A DNA stretch of 64,000 nucleotides from Acidobacteriota bacterium. GTDB taxonomy: Bacteria > Acidobacteriota > CAIWXX01. A program made the translations under genes and the position numbers. The notes under the pieces were generated by a model. The model saw nothing but the letters and a program-made list of their open reading frames with translations, was not told the DNA's origin and ran no database searches. The first letter of the stretch is position 1. Each line of letters begins with the position of its first letter. Below are positions 44,201 to 54,047 of the stretch, piece after piece. The DNA is taken from NCBI GenBank assembly GCA_040755995.1, contig JBFMAF010000024.1:288001-352000 (forward strand). The letters run 5' to 3'.

Positions 44201-44781
44201 CGCAGCTTCTGCTCCAGGTTCATCTCCGCCGCGGCATCCTTCAGCGTGCGACCCTCGATGTACTGCATCGCAATGTAGAGCTGCCCCTGCACCTCGCCCA
44301 CTTCGTACACCTTGCAGACATGTTCGTGCTCCACGCGCGCCTGCGCCTGTGCCTCCTGGAGGAAGCGCCGGGCCAACTCGGGATTGTCCTGCAAGATAAA
44401 CTTGAGCGCCACCGGCCGTTTCAGCCGGCGATCATACGCCTTGTACACACGTCCCATGCCGCCCTGGCCGAGGAAGTCGACGAACTCGTACCGGTCCCAC
44501 CCTCGAACCGGTGCGCCGGGGAATGCCTTCGCCGGGCCCTCCGGTGATGTCCACGGTGTAGTCGGCGGCGACGGTGTCTCCGGCCCCTCGACCAGTGTCT
44601 CTCCGGAGGAGATGCCAGCTCCACCGGCCGGCGTCGGGTCGACCGTGAGGGCCTCAGGCGCTGGCCGCGGAGTGTGCACCGGAGGGAGATCTTCGGTTAG
44701 GTCGGCGCGTGGCGCGCCGGCCCCGACACCTGGTCCGCCATGCTGCTCGACCAGACCCTCGTGTCGTTTCGGTTTATCCAT
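41272..44781 (-). CDS. Hanks-type Ser/Thr protein kinase with TM helix and long TPR C-terminus
   Basis: GQGGMG, VALK, HRDIKPSN, DFGLA, YMAPE, DVYSLG; TM; TPR repeats. Start moved from 45273 to avoid overlap with the divergent gene. Confidence 0.9.
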   Translation of the reverse strand: MDKPKRHEGLVEQHGGPGVGAGAPRADLTEDLPPVHTPRPAPEALTVDPTPAGGAGISSGETLVEGPETPSPPTTPWTSPEGPAKAFPGAPVRGWDRYEFVDFLGQGGMGRVYKAYDRRLKRPVALKFILQDNPELARRFLQEAQAQARVEHEHVCKVYEVGEVQGQLYIAMQYIEGRTLKDAAAEMNLEQKLRAIQQVAQGLHAAHRIGLIHRDIKPSNVMVARIDEGRWAPYVMDFGLARDVQAHGETVTGAVLGTPAYMAPEQALGQLERLDRRTDVYSLGATMYEMLTGRVPFEAPSATALLLKVINEEPLASRKINPGIPVDLDTIVMKCLEKEIHRRYDSARALADDLQRYLDGEPVEARAATWGYKLYKRAKKNKAVFAVSTLALVAVMVLGGYGIRSRWLARSEAILAQRFGLEIKEIEAIMRFAHMAPLHNIRNEMDLLKRRMMAIEEQMERVGDAGYGPGHYALGRGYLALGKYESAREHLEKAWAAGFQDDSVAMALGRTLGALYLKQLEQIERITDRDARGAKRLEIEKAFRDPAIEHLRRVRDVGTESPDYVKGLVAFYEKQYEPALRRARAAREAAVWLYEASILEGDVHRAMGSEKQDRGEYEAARAEYDLAEAAYQLAASVGESDPDTYQQLCALHVTTMRLLLYEIGGDPTPYFERVTSAVNRMLQADPKSAEAHGAMAEAHWLHGEYLMMHGAGAQPALDEFDRAVEAASRSLALDSQNDKPYLDMGVAYGLRGVIEKETGVDPRETLNRAIDSFTKAAAIDAMNPDAYKRMGIAYLDIGEFEMRRGMDPRKSFQAGIACYRKAVEINPRFVSGFNNMGIIYFDLAMYEMDSGMDPSDSFSRSIDAYKKALEINPNHAYSLGNLGSVCGLMARWELETGRDPTKTAADAIHALDQALKVHSDVYLPLLNLAHTRMVLAQFDVCHGRDPSGVLRQARESLQRVFDDFGEELGCMHLTMRAALIEARYAIDQNRSPLGGLAPTAPILEKAIAIDPTSSETHTLAGELHLLKVQWAISLDRPAERELVEAERAFGEAIRYNDRNTDALAGLAETYRWRAESSTARADKATHALQRGLEVAERAIAVNPACARAHAVRGFLYLLRARSAATPGAKAEAATQAREALERAIELNSNLRRELQPYLEQVARAGTSGH

Positions 44782-44907
44782 TTCTTGTCGGGTGAACTCG
44801 GAAGCCACTATGAGAAGTGCACGTGGATATGATAGTTTTAAGATTGCGAAAAGGGAAGGGGACTTCCCATGGTGCGTGCTGCAAACCGACGTGAACGTTG
44901 AGTGCCG

Positions 44908-46491
44908 ATGCCATATCTGATCCTCAATCCAGGGACCTCTAACGAGCAATCCTTCCAGCTCAAGACCGGGGCGAACACCATCGGCAGGGACATGGAGAAC
45001 GACATCGTCATCCTGCAGACGACATTGTCGCGCCGCCACGCCCGGATCGATGTGACTGCCGACCGAGTATTCGTCACGGACCTGCAGAGCCGCAACGGGA
45101 CGTTCGTGAACGACGTCAAGATCGATCAGAGGGAGGTTCGCAACGGGGATCTCATCCGCTGCGGCAGCTCTGTGATGAGGTTCACCGAGGGGCAGCGGAT
45201 CGAGAAGGAGCTCAAGTCCACAGGGGCATCCTCGCTGGGCGAGCTGCTGATCAAGGACTCGATCGACATCCACGGCACCGTCCTGAGGCTGAAGCAGAAG
45301 GACGAGACCAGCCGGAGCGTCGACATGCTGCGCGTCCTTCTCAAGGTGAGCGAGCTCCTCTCATCTCCCGAGAACATCGACACGATCCTGGGTAGCACCC
45401 TGGACCTCTTGTTCGCGATCGTGGACGTCGATCGCGGAGCGATCTACCTGCTCGACGACAAGACCGGCGACCTGATTCCTGCCGCGGTGAAGCTGGCGCC
45501 CGGGCTCGACCCGAACCGGCCGTTCTCCAGCCGGCACATCCTCAACCATGTGCTCGAGAAGGGGATTGGTGTCCTGAGCTCCGATGCGGTGGTCGACACG
45601 CGTTTCGCCGGGGCTGCCTCGATTCTGGATCAGTCGATACATTCCTCCATGTGCGTCCCTCTCAAGTGCCGCGACAAGACCACAGGCGTTCTGTACGTGG
45701 ACAATCTCATCCGTTCGGACCTGTTCGCCGAAGCGGATCTGGAGTTCCTCAGCGGCTTTGCAAATCAGGCGGCCGTCGCCATCGAGAACTCCCGGTTGTA
45801 CCGGAGAATCGAAGAGGATGCTATCGCTCGCAATCGCCTTCTTCGCTTCTTTCCCCGCGCGGTCATCAACAAGCTGATGGAATCCAAGGATCTCGGCCTG
45901 GGCTCAGTCGACGCAGACGTCACGATCCTGTTCTCCGACATATGCAGTTTTACAGAGACCTCCTCGACGATGGAGCCACGACAGGTAGTTGATCTTCTGA
46001 ACGACTACTTCCCTGTGATGGCCGAGATCGTGTTCCGCCACGGCGGCACGCTGGAGAAGTACATCGGAGACGCTTTGATGGCTATCTGGGGAGCGCCGTT
46101 TCAGGATCCCGAGGACGCTGATCGCGCCCTGGGGGCGGCCATCGAGATGCAGCACGCGCTGAGGCAGCTCAACCGGAAATTGGTGGAGTGCGGAAGGGTC
46201 GAGATACACATCCACATCGGCTTGAACAGCGGCACGGTGGCCGCGGGCAACATCGGCTCGGCAGACTACATCCAGTATGCCGCCATAGGAGATGCTACCA
46301 ACGTGGCGAGCCGAGTCTGCTCGGCGGCTCAGAGGGACGAAGTGCTCGTTTCCCAGGAGACGTACGCCAAGCTGACGAACAAGTCACTGCCCTTCGAGTC
46401 CCTTCCGCCTACGATGGTGAAGGGCAAAGACAAGCCGCTCCAGCTCCATCGCATCCGATGGGATCTCGTGCCGAAGGTGAGCAGCCAATGA
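44908..46491 (+). CDS. FHA-GAF-class III adenylate cyclase
   Basis: IGR, SRRHA, SRNGTFVN (FHA); GAF; FSDI, EKYIGDA, IGDATNVASR. Confidence 0.92.
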   Translation: MPYLILNPGTSNEQSFQLKTGANTIGRDMENDIVILQTTLSRRHARIDVTADRVFVTDLQSRNGTFVNDVKIDQREVRNGDLIRCGSSVMRFTEGQRIEKELKSTGASSLGELLIKDSIDIHGTVLRLKQKDETSRSVDMLRVLLKVSELLSSPENIDTILGSTLDLLFAIVDVDRGAIYLLDDKTGDLIPAAVKLAPGLDPNRPFSSRHILNHVLEKGIGVLSSDAVVDTRFAGAASILDQSIHSSMCVPLKCRDKTTGVLYVDNLIRSDLFAEADLEFLSGFANQAAVAIENSRLYRRIEEDAIARNRLLRFFPRAVINKLMESKDLGLGSVDADVTILFSDICSFTETSSTMEPRQVVDLLNDYFPVMAEIVFRHGGTLEKYIGDALMAIWGAPFQDPEDADRALGAAIEMQHALRQLNRKLVECGRVEIHIHIGLNSGTVAAGNIGSADYIQYAAIGDATNVASRVCSAAQRDEVLVSQETYAKLTNKSLPFESLPPTMVKGKDKPLQLHRIRWDLVPKVSSQ

Positions 46492-47507
46492 GACTGCGTG
46501 CGCTGCTGCTGGTGTCCTGTCTTGCGGCGTCCCGTCTCGTCTCGGCGGCAGACGCCGAGGTGAAGCTGGAGGGGTACGCCGAGTGGCGCAATGGCCCGGT
46601 TCTTCTGGTCGATGGCCAGCGGGTCGAGGCCGCGCCGGGAATGAAGTTCAAAGGACAGGCCCCCGCGAAGGACTTCGGCACCATCCCGTTGGGGTACGAA
46701 GTGAAGGTCAAGGGTACCCGCCGTCCCGACGGTGTCGTAGTGGCGAAGGAGGTCGAGGCCAAGCCGAACGGATCCGCGATGTTCGAGCGTGAGGTCCTTT
46801 CAGCGACCGATGAGCTGGAGGCGAGCTGGGTGAAGGCCGGGAAGGTATTCGAGCCGCTGGCGAACGGCTCGGAGGAGGTGATCGGGCGGCTTCACTCGAC
46901 GGGTCCCGATGTCGATCGGGTCCGGACGATTGTCGGGAGGGTGACGCCTCCGCATCGCGACCCGGCGCAGTTCCGCGTGTACGTGGTCGACAACGCAGAA
47001 TGGAACGCATTCGCCTGCGCCAATGGAATGATCGTAGTGCACAGCCAGCTCCTGGCCGATATGAACGACGATGATCTGGGGATCATCATGGGGCACGAGC
47101 TGGTGCACGTGACGCACGAGCACACGCGCCGCCAGTTCAAGAGTGCCATGTGGATTCAGCTGGTCGGGCTCGGTGTCTTGGCAGGCAGCCAGGCGATCGA
47201 CGACAAGAAGGCGCGCGCCATCGTGGACCTGGCAGCCGTGTTCAGCCTCATGGCCTGGAAGAACGGCTACAGCCGCGAACACGAGGACCAGGCGGACCGC
47301 GTGGGCATCCGCTACGCCCATGAAGGCGGCTACGACGTCCGCCGCGGCCCCGATCTGTGGATGCGCTTCGCGAAGAAATACGGCGACCAGAATCGCGCCG
47401 TCAACTTCTTCTTCGGCGATCATTCGGTCTCCGCCGCCCGCGCGAAGAACATCCAGCGGGAGATCGCACTGAACTACAGCGCACCGGCCGTGCGGCCGGC
47501 TCCTTGA
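46488..47507 (+). CDS. Secreted M48 family metalloprotease with N-terminal beta (DUF5666-like) domain
   Basis: Signal peptide, WNAFA, GHELVH, YSREHEDQAD; ATGA overlap with the cyclase stop. Confidence 0.85.
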   Translation: MRLRALLLVSCLAASRLVSAADAEVKLEGYAEWRNGPVLLVDGQRVEAAPGMKFKGQAPAKDFGTIPLGYEVKVKGTRRPDGVVVAKEVEAKPNGSAMFEREVLSATDELEASWVKAGKVFEPLANGSEEVIGRLHSTGPDVDRVRTIVGRVTPPHRDPAQFRVYVVDNAEWNAFACANGMIVVHSQLLADMNDDDLGIIMGHELVHVTHEHTRRQFKSAMWIQLVGLGVLAGSQAIDDKKARAIVDLAAVFSLMAWKNGYSREHEDQADRVGIRYAHEGGYDVRRGPDLWMRFAKKYGDQNRAVNFFFGDHSVSAARAKNIQREIALNYSAPAVRPAP

Positions 47508-47678
47508 CTTCGTCGGTCTGCCTGGTCCGGCTCGTCAGACTCCGAGGTCCAAGGCGACCGCGACAGCCTCGTCGAGCTGCTCGATCTTCACGGGCGAAAG
47601 CGCCCCGACGTAGTTCACGGGGCCGCTCAGAACAGGCGCCCGAGTTATCTACAGCTGTAGTACCTTCGTCGGTGGCAG

Positions 47679-48974
47679 CTACTGTCCGGCGGCCGTCTTC
47701 CTCGCCTGTGCACGACTCACGAAGGTCAGTGCAGCGGCGGCCAGCAGAAGGCCGGCGGCGAGGTAGAACGACGTGTTCGCAATGCGGGCGTTGAGGCTGC
47801 CGTCGGCCATCCTGGCCGCGTCCTGGATCCTACCGTTGGCATACGACAGAATCAGTCCGCCGAACCCCCACGCCGTGAAGAGGATGCCGTAGTTGAGGCC
47901 GAGGCTCTTGAGCCCGAAGTAGTCCTTGCTGGCCGCGGGAAAGAGCGCCAGATTCGCCCCGTAGTTCGCTCCGGCGATCAGGATGATCGGGAGAAGCAGG
48001 TACGGGTTTCTTCTTACGACGATCAGGAGACAGATCATGACCGCCTGAAGGACGAACACTACGAGCATGGTCGACTGCCTTCCGATCCTGTCCGACAGCG
48101 TTCCGGCGAGGATTCGACCCCCGGCGTTGCCTACCGCCAGCACGACAACCGCCCAGAAGGCATACTCGCCCAGGGCCGCGACGCCCAGGTTCTTCGCGGT
48201 GCTGATGATCATCAGCCCCACACCTGCGCCGCAGAAGAACATGATCCACAGCATCCAGAAGTGTGCGGTGCCCACCATGGCAGTCCAGGCCGCGTCGGTT
48301 GAACCTGAGGCGGCCGCATGCGCGCCGGACGCTGGCAGGGCACCGGCCGTCGCCGGGACGTAGCCGGGTGGCGGGTTCTTGAGAAGCTGCGCGAAGAGCA
48401 CAACCGCGACCAGGAAGAGGATTCCGAAGACCATCATCGTCGACGAGATGCCCATCTCGCGCACACCGCCCCTCTCTGTTGCGAATGCACGCAGCAGGGA
48501 GTTGGCCAGGGGCGCTGCGTAGACCGACGCCAGCCCGAATCCCGCCACGACGATCCCGGCGATCGTACCGGTCTTGGAAGGAGGGAACCACTTGACCGCA
48601 GGAGGTGTAGCCGATGCGTAGCCGAAGCCGATGCCGATGCCCCCGAGGACTCCGAAGCCGACCACGAATCCGGAGAGTGAGGAGCCCGCCATGCCAGCCA
48701 CCATGCAGCCTCCGCCGATGAAGAGACCGCCGATCGATGCCACCCACCTCGGCCCGATACGGTCCTGCAGCCGGCCGGCGGGGATCATCGAGAGCGAGAA
48801 GATAAGGACCGCGACGGAGTAGGGGAGGGCTTTGTCAGCCTGGCTCCACCCCCACGACGCCGGAATCGCTCCGGAGATGACGCTCCACGTGTACAACACG
48901 CCGAACGCCAGATTCATCCCAGTGGCGGCCGCGGTGACACGCCAACCGAGGTTTCTGGTTTCGATGCTGTCCAT
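47679..48974 (-). CDS. MFS transporter, oxalate/formate antiporter (OFA) family
   Basis: GVLYTWS, GRLQDRIGPR, VKWFP, NAGGRI..G.LSDRIGR, NYGILFTAWG. Confidence 0.88.
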   Translation of the reverse strand: MDSIETRNLGWRVTAAATGMNLAFGVLYTWSVISGAIPASWGWSQADKALPYSVAVLIFSLSMIPAGRLQDRIGPRWVASIGGLFIGGGCMVAGMAGSSLSGFVVGFGVLGGIGIGFGYASATPPAVKWFPPSKTGTIAGIVVAGFGLASVYAAPLANSLLRAFATERGGVREMGISSTMMVFGILFLVAVVLFAQLLKNPPPGYVPATAGALPASGAHAAASGSTDAAWTAMVGTAHFWMLWIMFFCGAGVGLMIISTAKNLGVAALGEYAFWAVVVLAVGNAGGRILAGTLSDRIGRQSTMLVVFVLQAVMICLLIVVRRNPYLLLPIILIAGANYGANLALFPAASKDYFGLKSLGLNYGILFTAWGFGGLILSYANGRIQDAARMADGSLNARIANTSFYLAAGLLLAAAALTFVSRAQARKTAAGQ

Positions 48975-49097
48975 GCCTCACCTTCTCTTCTGATGGGCGG
49001 AGCGGCGGGTGATGAGCTCGCGGCACAGGGGATCAGGTTGCCATAGGCGCACAGCGTGCGGCAGTCCCTTGGCCCTTTCGCCTTTCCCCCTTTCCCA

Positions 49098-50345
49098 CTA
49101 TTGACCGAACTTCGCGATGAGCTCTTTCTTGCCTTTTCCGAGGATGTCGTACTTCTTTCCGACCTTCACAAAGGCCTCGATGGCCGCATCGAGATGGCGT
49201 TTCTCGTGGGCCGCTGAGAGCTGCGTGCGTATTCGCGCCTGCCCTTTGGGGACGACCGGGAAGAAGAACCCGACTGCGTAGATGCCCTCGCTGAAAAGAT
49301 CCCGCGCGACGTCCTGGGCCAGCTTCGCGTTGTACAACATGACCGGCACGATCGGGCTCTCCCCTTCTTTCAGATCAAACCCGGCATCGGTCAGAAGCTT
49401 TCTCCAGTAGTTCGTGTTCCACTCCAGCTTGTCGCGCCGCTCGGTCGTCCGCGAGACGAGGTCCATGACCTTGAGTGCTCCAGCGACGATCACCGGCGCC
49501 ACCGTGTTGGAGAACAGGTATGGGCGGGCTCTCTGGCGGCAGAGCTCAACCAGCTCCTTGCGTCCGCTGACGCAGCCGCCGGAGGCTCCGCCGAGCGCCT
49601 TGCCAAGAGTCGTCGTGATGACATCTATCTTGCCCACGACTCCGCAGTGCTCATGCGTGCCGCGCCCGGTCTTGCCCATGAACCCCGACGCGTGGGAGTC
49701 GTCGACGAAGACCATGGCATCGTACTTCTCGGCCAGAGCGACGATCTCGTCGAGCTTCGCTACGTCGCCGTCCATGGAAAACACTCCGTCGGTGATGATC
49801 AACCGGTAGCGCTTATCCTGGTGCTCTTCGAGCTTCTCTTGAAGATGCACCATGTCGGAATGCTTGTAGCTGTCCTGCATGGCCTTGCACAGTCGCATGC
49901 CGTCGATGATCGAGGCGTGCACCAGCCTGTCCGCGATCATCACATCCTGATCGCCCAGGATCGCCTCGAACACTCCGGCGTTGGCATCCATGCAGGATGG
50001 GAACAGCAGCGTGTCCTCCGTCCCCAGAAACGCGGTCAGCCTGGCCTCGAGCTGGCGGTGGATGTCCTGCGTGCCGCAGATGAAGCGGACCGACGACATG
50101 CCGTAGCCGCGGTAGTCGAGCCCATCATGCGCCGCCTTGACCACATCCGGATGACTCGACAGCCCGAGGTAGTTGTTCGCGCACATGTTGATGACCTTCT
50201 TGGTCGAGGACCCGACGGGGAACTCGACCTCGATCTCCGCGCCCTGCGGCGCGTGTATGTAGCGCTCCTCTTTGAAGAGACCGGCGTCCTTCAGTCCCGC
50301 CAGTTCGCCCTGATACGTCGTTCGAGCCTTGTCGCTGTATGCCAC
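49098..50345 (-). CDS. kbl: Glycine C-acetyltransferase-like alpha-oxoamine synthase (copy 2)
   Basis: [50 protein letters not shown]. Confidence 0.88.
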   Translation of the reverse strand: MAYSDKARTTYQGELAGLKDAGLFKEERYIHAPQGAEIEVEFPVGSSTKKVINMCANNYLGLSSHPDVVKAAHDGLDYRGYGMSSVRFICGTQDIHRQLEARLTAFLGTEDTLLFPSCMDANAGVFEAILGDQDVMIADRLVHASIIDGMRLCKAMQDSYKHSDMVHLQEKLEEHQDKRYRLIITDGVFSMDGDVAKLDEIVALAEKYDAMVFVDDSHASGFMGKTGRGTHEHCGVVGKIDVITTTLGKALGGASGGCVSGRKELVELCRQRARPYLFSNTVAPVIVAGALKVMDLVSRTTERRDKLEWNTNYWRKLLTDAGFDLKEGESPIVPVMLYNAKLAQDVARDLFSEGIYAVGFFFPVVPKGQARIRTQLSAAHEKRHLDAAIEAFVKVGKKYDILGKGKKELIAKFGQ

Positions 50346-50395
50346 GATGACCTCCTGTTTGTGGCGCCGTTTCCGGCGTGCCTGCGCCTGGGCCT

Positions 50396-50647
50396 CTAGG
50401 CCTTCCGGGATCGTTCGACCAGGGCCACGATGCGGTTCACGGAGTCAAACGCCTCCGGCGTCGCGTCGGCATCCGGTATCTGGACGCCGCACTTCTTCTC
50501 GAGGAATCGCTTGAGGGACACCATCGAGAACGAATCGACGATGCCGCCCGAGATCAGCGGGGTGTCCTCGGTGATCTCTCGATCGTCATCTTCCTCCAGG
50601 TACTCCCGCTTCACATAGTCCAGAACCATCTGCTTGATGTTCTCCAT
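50396..50647 (-). CDS. Acyl carrier protein
   Basis: 83 aa, acidic, GGIVDSFS phosphopantetheine motif; AGGAGG RBS. Confidence 0.88.
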   Translation of the reverse strand: MENIKQMVLDYVKREYLEEDDDREITEDTPLISGGIVDSFSMVSLKRFLEKKCGVQIPDADATPEAFDSVNRIVALVERSRKA

Positions 50648-50707
50648 CTGTGCTCCTCCTTGCTTCCCTCCCGACAGGGAGCTTCATGAATCCGTCCCTC
50701 AACAGGC

Positions 50708-52408
50708 TTAGTCGTTCTCCAAAGTCGACGTGTCCCCGATGGGTTCGCCCCACTCCTTCGCGCGCAGCATGCGCCGCATGATCTTGCCGCTCCGAGTCTT
50801 CGGCAGAGACGCCACGAACTCGATCTCCTGCGGCATCGCCAGCGGCGACAGCTTCTTCCGGATGAAGTTCATGATATCGAGCTCGAGATCGTCGTTCGGC
50901 TGATTGCCGGGCTTCAGAGCCACGAATGCCTTGACCACCTCCATGTTCACCGCGTCGGGCTTCCCGACGGCGGCCGATTCGGCCACGGCGGGATGCTCCA
51001 GCAGCGCCGACTCGATCTCGAACGGCCCAACCAGGTGCCCCCCCGTGTTGATGACATCGTCGTCACGGCCGACGAACCAGAAGTAGCCGTCGGCGTCAAT
51101 GCTGGCTCTGTCTCCCGTGAGATACCATCCGTTCTTGAACTTGCCGTCATACACCTGCTGGTTGTTCCAATACGTCCGGAACATGGATGGCCAACCCGGC
51201 CGCAGGCCGATCAGGCCTACGGTGCCCGCCTTGGCGACGGGCTCGAACGTCCTCGGATCCAGCACGGTCGCCGTGATGCCCGGGAAGGGCTTGCCCATCG
51301 AGCCCGCCTTGATCGGCATCCCCGGCACGTTGGTGATCACGATGCTGCCGGTCTCAGTCTGCCAGTAGGTGTCGTGGAACGGAAGCCCGTAGGCCTCTCT
51401 GGACCAGTGTACGGCCTCGGCATTCAGCGGTTCTCCCACGCAGCAGAGATGGCGGAGCGACGAGAGATCGAACCTCTTCGCGAGCTCCACACCCTCCTTC
51501 ATCAGAAGCCGTATGGCCGTCGGAGCGCTGTACCAGACGGTCACCCTGTATTTCTCCAGGAACTTGTACCAACGTTCGGCATTGAATCCGGCATCCAGCA
51601 CCGCCTGTGTTGCGCCGTTGGCCCACGGACCGATGATACCGTAAGACGTGCCGGTCACCCATCCCGGGTCCGCGTTGCACCAGTAAATGTCGGCCGGCTG
51701 AATGTCCAGCACCCACTTGGTCGTCAGGTATTGCGAGATCAGTGAGTAGTGCACGTGCAGCGCGCCCTTCGGCTGCCCGGTGGTGCCGGAGGTGTAGTGC
51801 AACACCGACGGCGTCTCGGCCGTCGACGGATATGCCTCGAAACTCTCCACACGCGGCGCCTTCTCCATGTCAAACGCGACCTCGCGTTCCTTAAGCGGCG
51901 CGCCTTCGGCGTCAACCACGACGATGTGCCGGAGCGCCGGCAGCTGCTCCCGTATCCTCCGCACCTTCGAGACGTGCTTCCTCTGCGTGAGAATCACCGA
52001 GGTCTTCGCACTGTCCAGGCGCGTGAAGAGGGACTCCTCGCCGAACGCGGAGAACAGAGGCTGCGCAATGCCGCCCATCTTCAGTACGCCCAGGAACGAG
52101 AAATACAGCTCCGGTATACGCTCCATGAAGATGCAGATCCGCTCCCCGGGACGAATCCCCATGCCGACCAGGTAATGCGCAATCGTATTCGTCAGGACGC
52201 GCATGTCGTCAAACGTGTAGGTCTTCGCCTTGCCGAAGAAATCCTCCCAGAGCAGCGCGATCTTGGAGCCGTTTCCCTGCTCGCAGATCCTGTCGCTGCA
52301 GTACCAGCCGATATTGATCTTGGCGTCCTTGCAGTAGCCGAGCTCCCGTTCCGAGAATGACCAATCAAAACCCCTTAACCGTTCTTCGCGCGATTCGATG
52401 TTGCTCAT
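50708..52408 (-). CDS. acsA: Acetate-CoA ligase-like AMP-forming acyl ligase
   Basis: YTSGTTGQPKG, ADPGWVTG, WQTETG, GRDDD, LPKTRSGKIMRR. Confidence 0.88.
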   Translation of the reverse strand: MSNIESREERLRGFDWSFSERELGYCKDAKINIGWYCSDRICEQGNGSKIALLWEDFFGKAKTYTFDDMRVLTNTIAHYLVGMGIRPGERICIFMERIPELYFSFLGVLKMGGIAQPLFSAFGEESLFTRLDSAKTSVILTQRKHVSKVRRIREQLPALRHIVVVDAEGAPLKEREVAFDMEKAPRVESFEAYPSTAETPSVLHYTSGTTGQPKGALHVHYSLISQYLTTKWVLDIQPADIYWCNADPGWVTGTSYGIIGPWANGATQAVLDAGFNAERWYKFLEKYRVTVWYSAPTAIRLLMKEGVELAKRFDLSSLRHLCCVGEPLNAEAVHWSREAYGLPFHDTYWQTETGSIVITNVPGMPIKAGSMGKPFPGITATVLDPRTFEPVAKAGTVGLIGLRPGWPSMFRTYWNNQQVYDGKFKNGWYLTGDRASIDADGYFWFVGRDDDVINTGGHLVGPFEIESALLEHPAVAESAAVGKPDAVNMEVVKAFVALKPGNQPNDDLELDIMNFIRKKLSPLAMPQEIEFVASLPKTRSGKIMRRMLRAKEWGEPIGDTSTLEND

Positions 52409-52593
52409 CCGGTGATCTCCTTACTTGCCTTGCGAGCGCCTCAGCATGTACGACTCTCCGTGCCGCCACGCATCAGCCTGCCCTCGGGCACCGATATCGG
52501 TGACCCGGCAGATGCCAGCAAGCCTTCCAGCGGATCGGCTCGTCTGCCGCGAAGCAGCAAACCAGCCATCGCCGGTCTCCAGTTCACCGGCGC

Positions 52594-52622
52594 AGTATCG
52601 CATTGGAGATGCAGGCTGTCAA
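52594..52622 (-). promoter_or_regulatory. Putative sigma70 promoter of acs-ACP-kbl
   Basis: TTGACA-N17-GATACT on the minus strand. Confidence 0.6.
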
Positions 52623-52678
52623 ACCGTGGCAGCGGCTCCGGCTCCGACGTACCCGCGGGAGGCCTCGCCCCGCCACCC

Positions 52679-53884
52679 TCAGCCCTTGACCACGCCGTAG
52701 GCCCGGCCGACCTTTGCGAACGCCTCGATCGCGCGATCGAGCTGCTCGCGAGTATGCCCGGCCGATAGCTGGACCCGTATTCTCGCCTGGCCCTTCGGGA
52801 CCACCGGGTAGCTGAATCCCACCACATAGATCCCCTCCGCCAGAAGATCGCGGGCGATGTCCTGGGCGAGGCGCGCGTCGCCGAGCATGATCGGCACGAT
52901 CGGATGCACGCCCTGCATGATTTGGAATCCGGCCGCCGCCATGCGCTCGCGGAAGTACTTCGTGTTCGTCATGAGACGGTCGCGGAGGTGCGTGGAGTGG
53001 GAGAGGAGATCGAGAACGGCGAGGGAGGCTCCGACGATGACCGGCGACAGCGTATTGGAGAAGAGGTATGGCCGCGATCGTTGTCGCAGCAGCTCGATGA
53101 GGGGCTGGCGCCCCGAGGTGAAGCCGCCCGCCCCGCCTCCGAGCGCTTTCCCCAGTGTCGAGGTGATCAGATCCACGCGGCCCATCACGCCGCAGTGCTC
53201 GGGCGTGCCGCGGCCGGTTCGACCCATGAAGCCAGTTGCATGCGAATCGTCGACCATGACGATGGCTTCGTATTCCTCGGCCAGGTCGCAGATCCGGTCT
53301 AGCCTGGCGATGAAGCCGTCCATCGAAAAGACCCCGTCGGTGGCGATCAGCCGTATGCGGCGGTTCTGGGTCGCCTGCAGAAGCTGCTCGAGCTCCTCCA
53401 TGTCCCCGTTCGCGTATCGGTGTCGTTCGGCCTTGCACAGGCGGATTCCGTCGATGATCGAAGCATGGTTGAGCGCATCCGATATGATCGCATCCTCGCC
53501 GCCCAGCAGAGCCTCGAACAGCCCGCCGTTGGCGTCGAAGCAGGACGAATAGAGGATCGTGTCATCCGTGCCGAGAAACATCGAGATGCGTTGTTCCAGC
53601 TGCCTGTGGATGTCCTGAGTGCCGCAGATGAAGCGAACCGACGAGAGCCCGAATCCGCGGCTGTCCAGGGCAGCCTGAGCCGCGCGGACGATGTCCGGAT
53701 GAGACGAGAGGCCGAGGTAGTTGTTCGCGCACAGATTGATGACCGTGTCGGCCGCCTCGCCGTGCTGCACTCGTATCTCTGCCCCTTGTGGAGAGACAAT
53801 GGTACGCTCCGTCTTGCGCAACCCCGATTCCTGGATCTCCTTCAGGGCCGTGCCATAGATCCCCCGGGTCCGCCTGTTCAGCAT
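52679..53884 (-). CDS. kbl: Glycine C-acetyltransferase (copy 1)
   Basis: [57 protein letters not shown]. Confidence 0.92.
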   Translation of the reverse strand: MLNRRTRGIYGTALKEIQESGLRKTERTIVSPQGAEIRVQHGEAADTVINLCANNYLGLSSHPDIVRAAQAALDSRGFGLSSVRFICGTQDIHRQLEQRISMFLGTDDTILYSSCFDANGGLFEALLGGEDAIISDALNHASIIDGIRLCKAERHRYANGDMEELEQLLQATQNRRIRLIATDGVFSMDGFIARLDRICDLAEEYEAIVMVDDSHATGFMGRTGRGTPEHCGVMGRVDLITSTLGKALGGGAGGFTSGRQPLIELLRQRSRPYLFSNTLSPVIVGASLAVLDLLSHSTHLRDRLMTNTKYFRERMAAAGFQIMQGVHPIVPIMLGDARLAQDIARDLLAEGIYVVGFSYPVVPKGQARIRVQLSAGHTREQLDRAIEAFAKVGRAYGVVKG

Positions 53885-54047
53885 CCTGGCCTCCTCACGC
53901 GCGTCGTTCTGCCCCGGCATTCGTAGCCGCGACTGTGCACCAGCAAGTCAGGCTCATTCTAGCACAGGGCGGGGCCGCACTGGCTGCGTTGGCGCGCGTC
54001 TGTTATTGCAGACGGCCGATCGATTCCGCTAGAATCGAGCAACTACG

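Noticed and set aside
44782..45273. N-terminal extension of the Ser/Thr kinase ORF
   Set aside because: It overlaps the FHA domain of the divergent cyclase and reads as antisense shadow.
49067..49096. CCTTTC-type repeat after kbl copy 2
   Set aside because: Only about three units with irregular period, too weak to call.
52409..52592. Glycine riboswitch upstream of the kbl-linked operon
   Set aside because: The conserved CCGAAG and CTCTCAGG elements are not present. Kept only as a generic structured leader.
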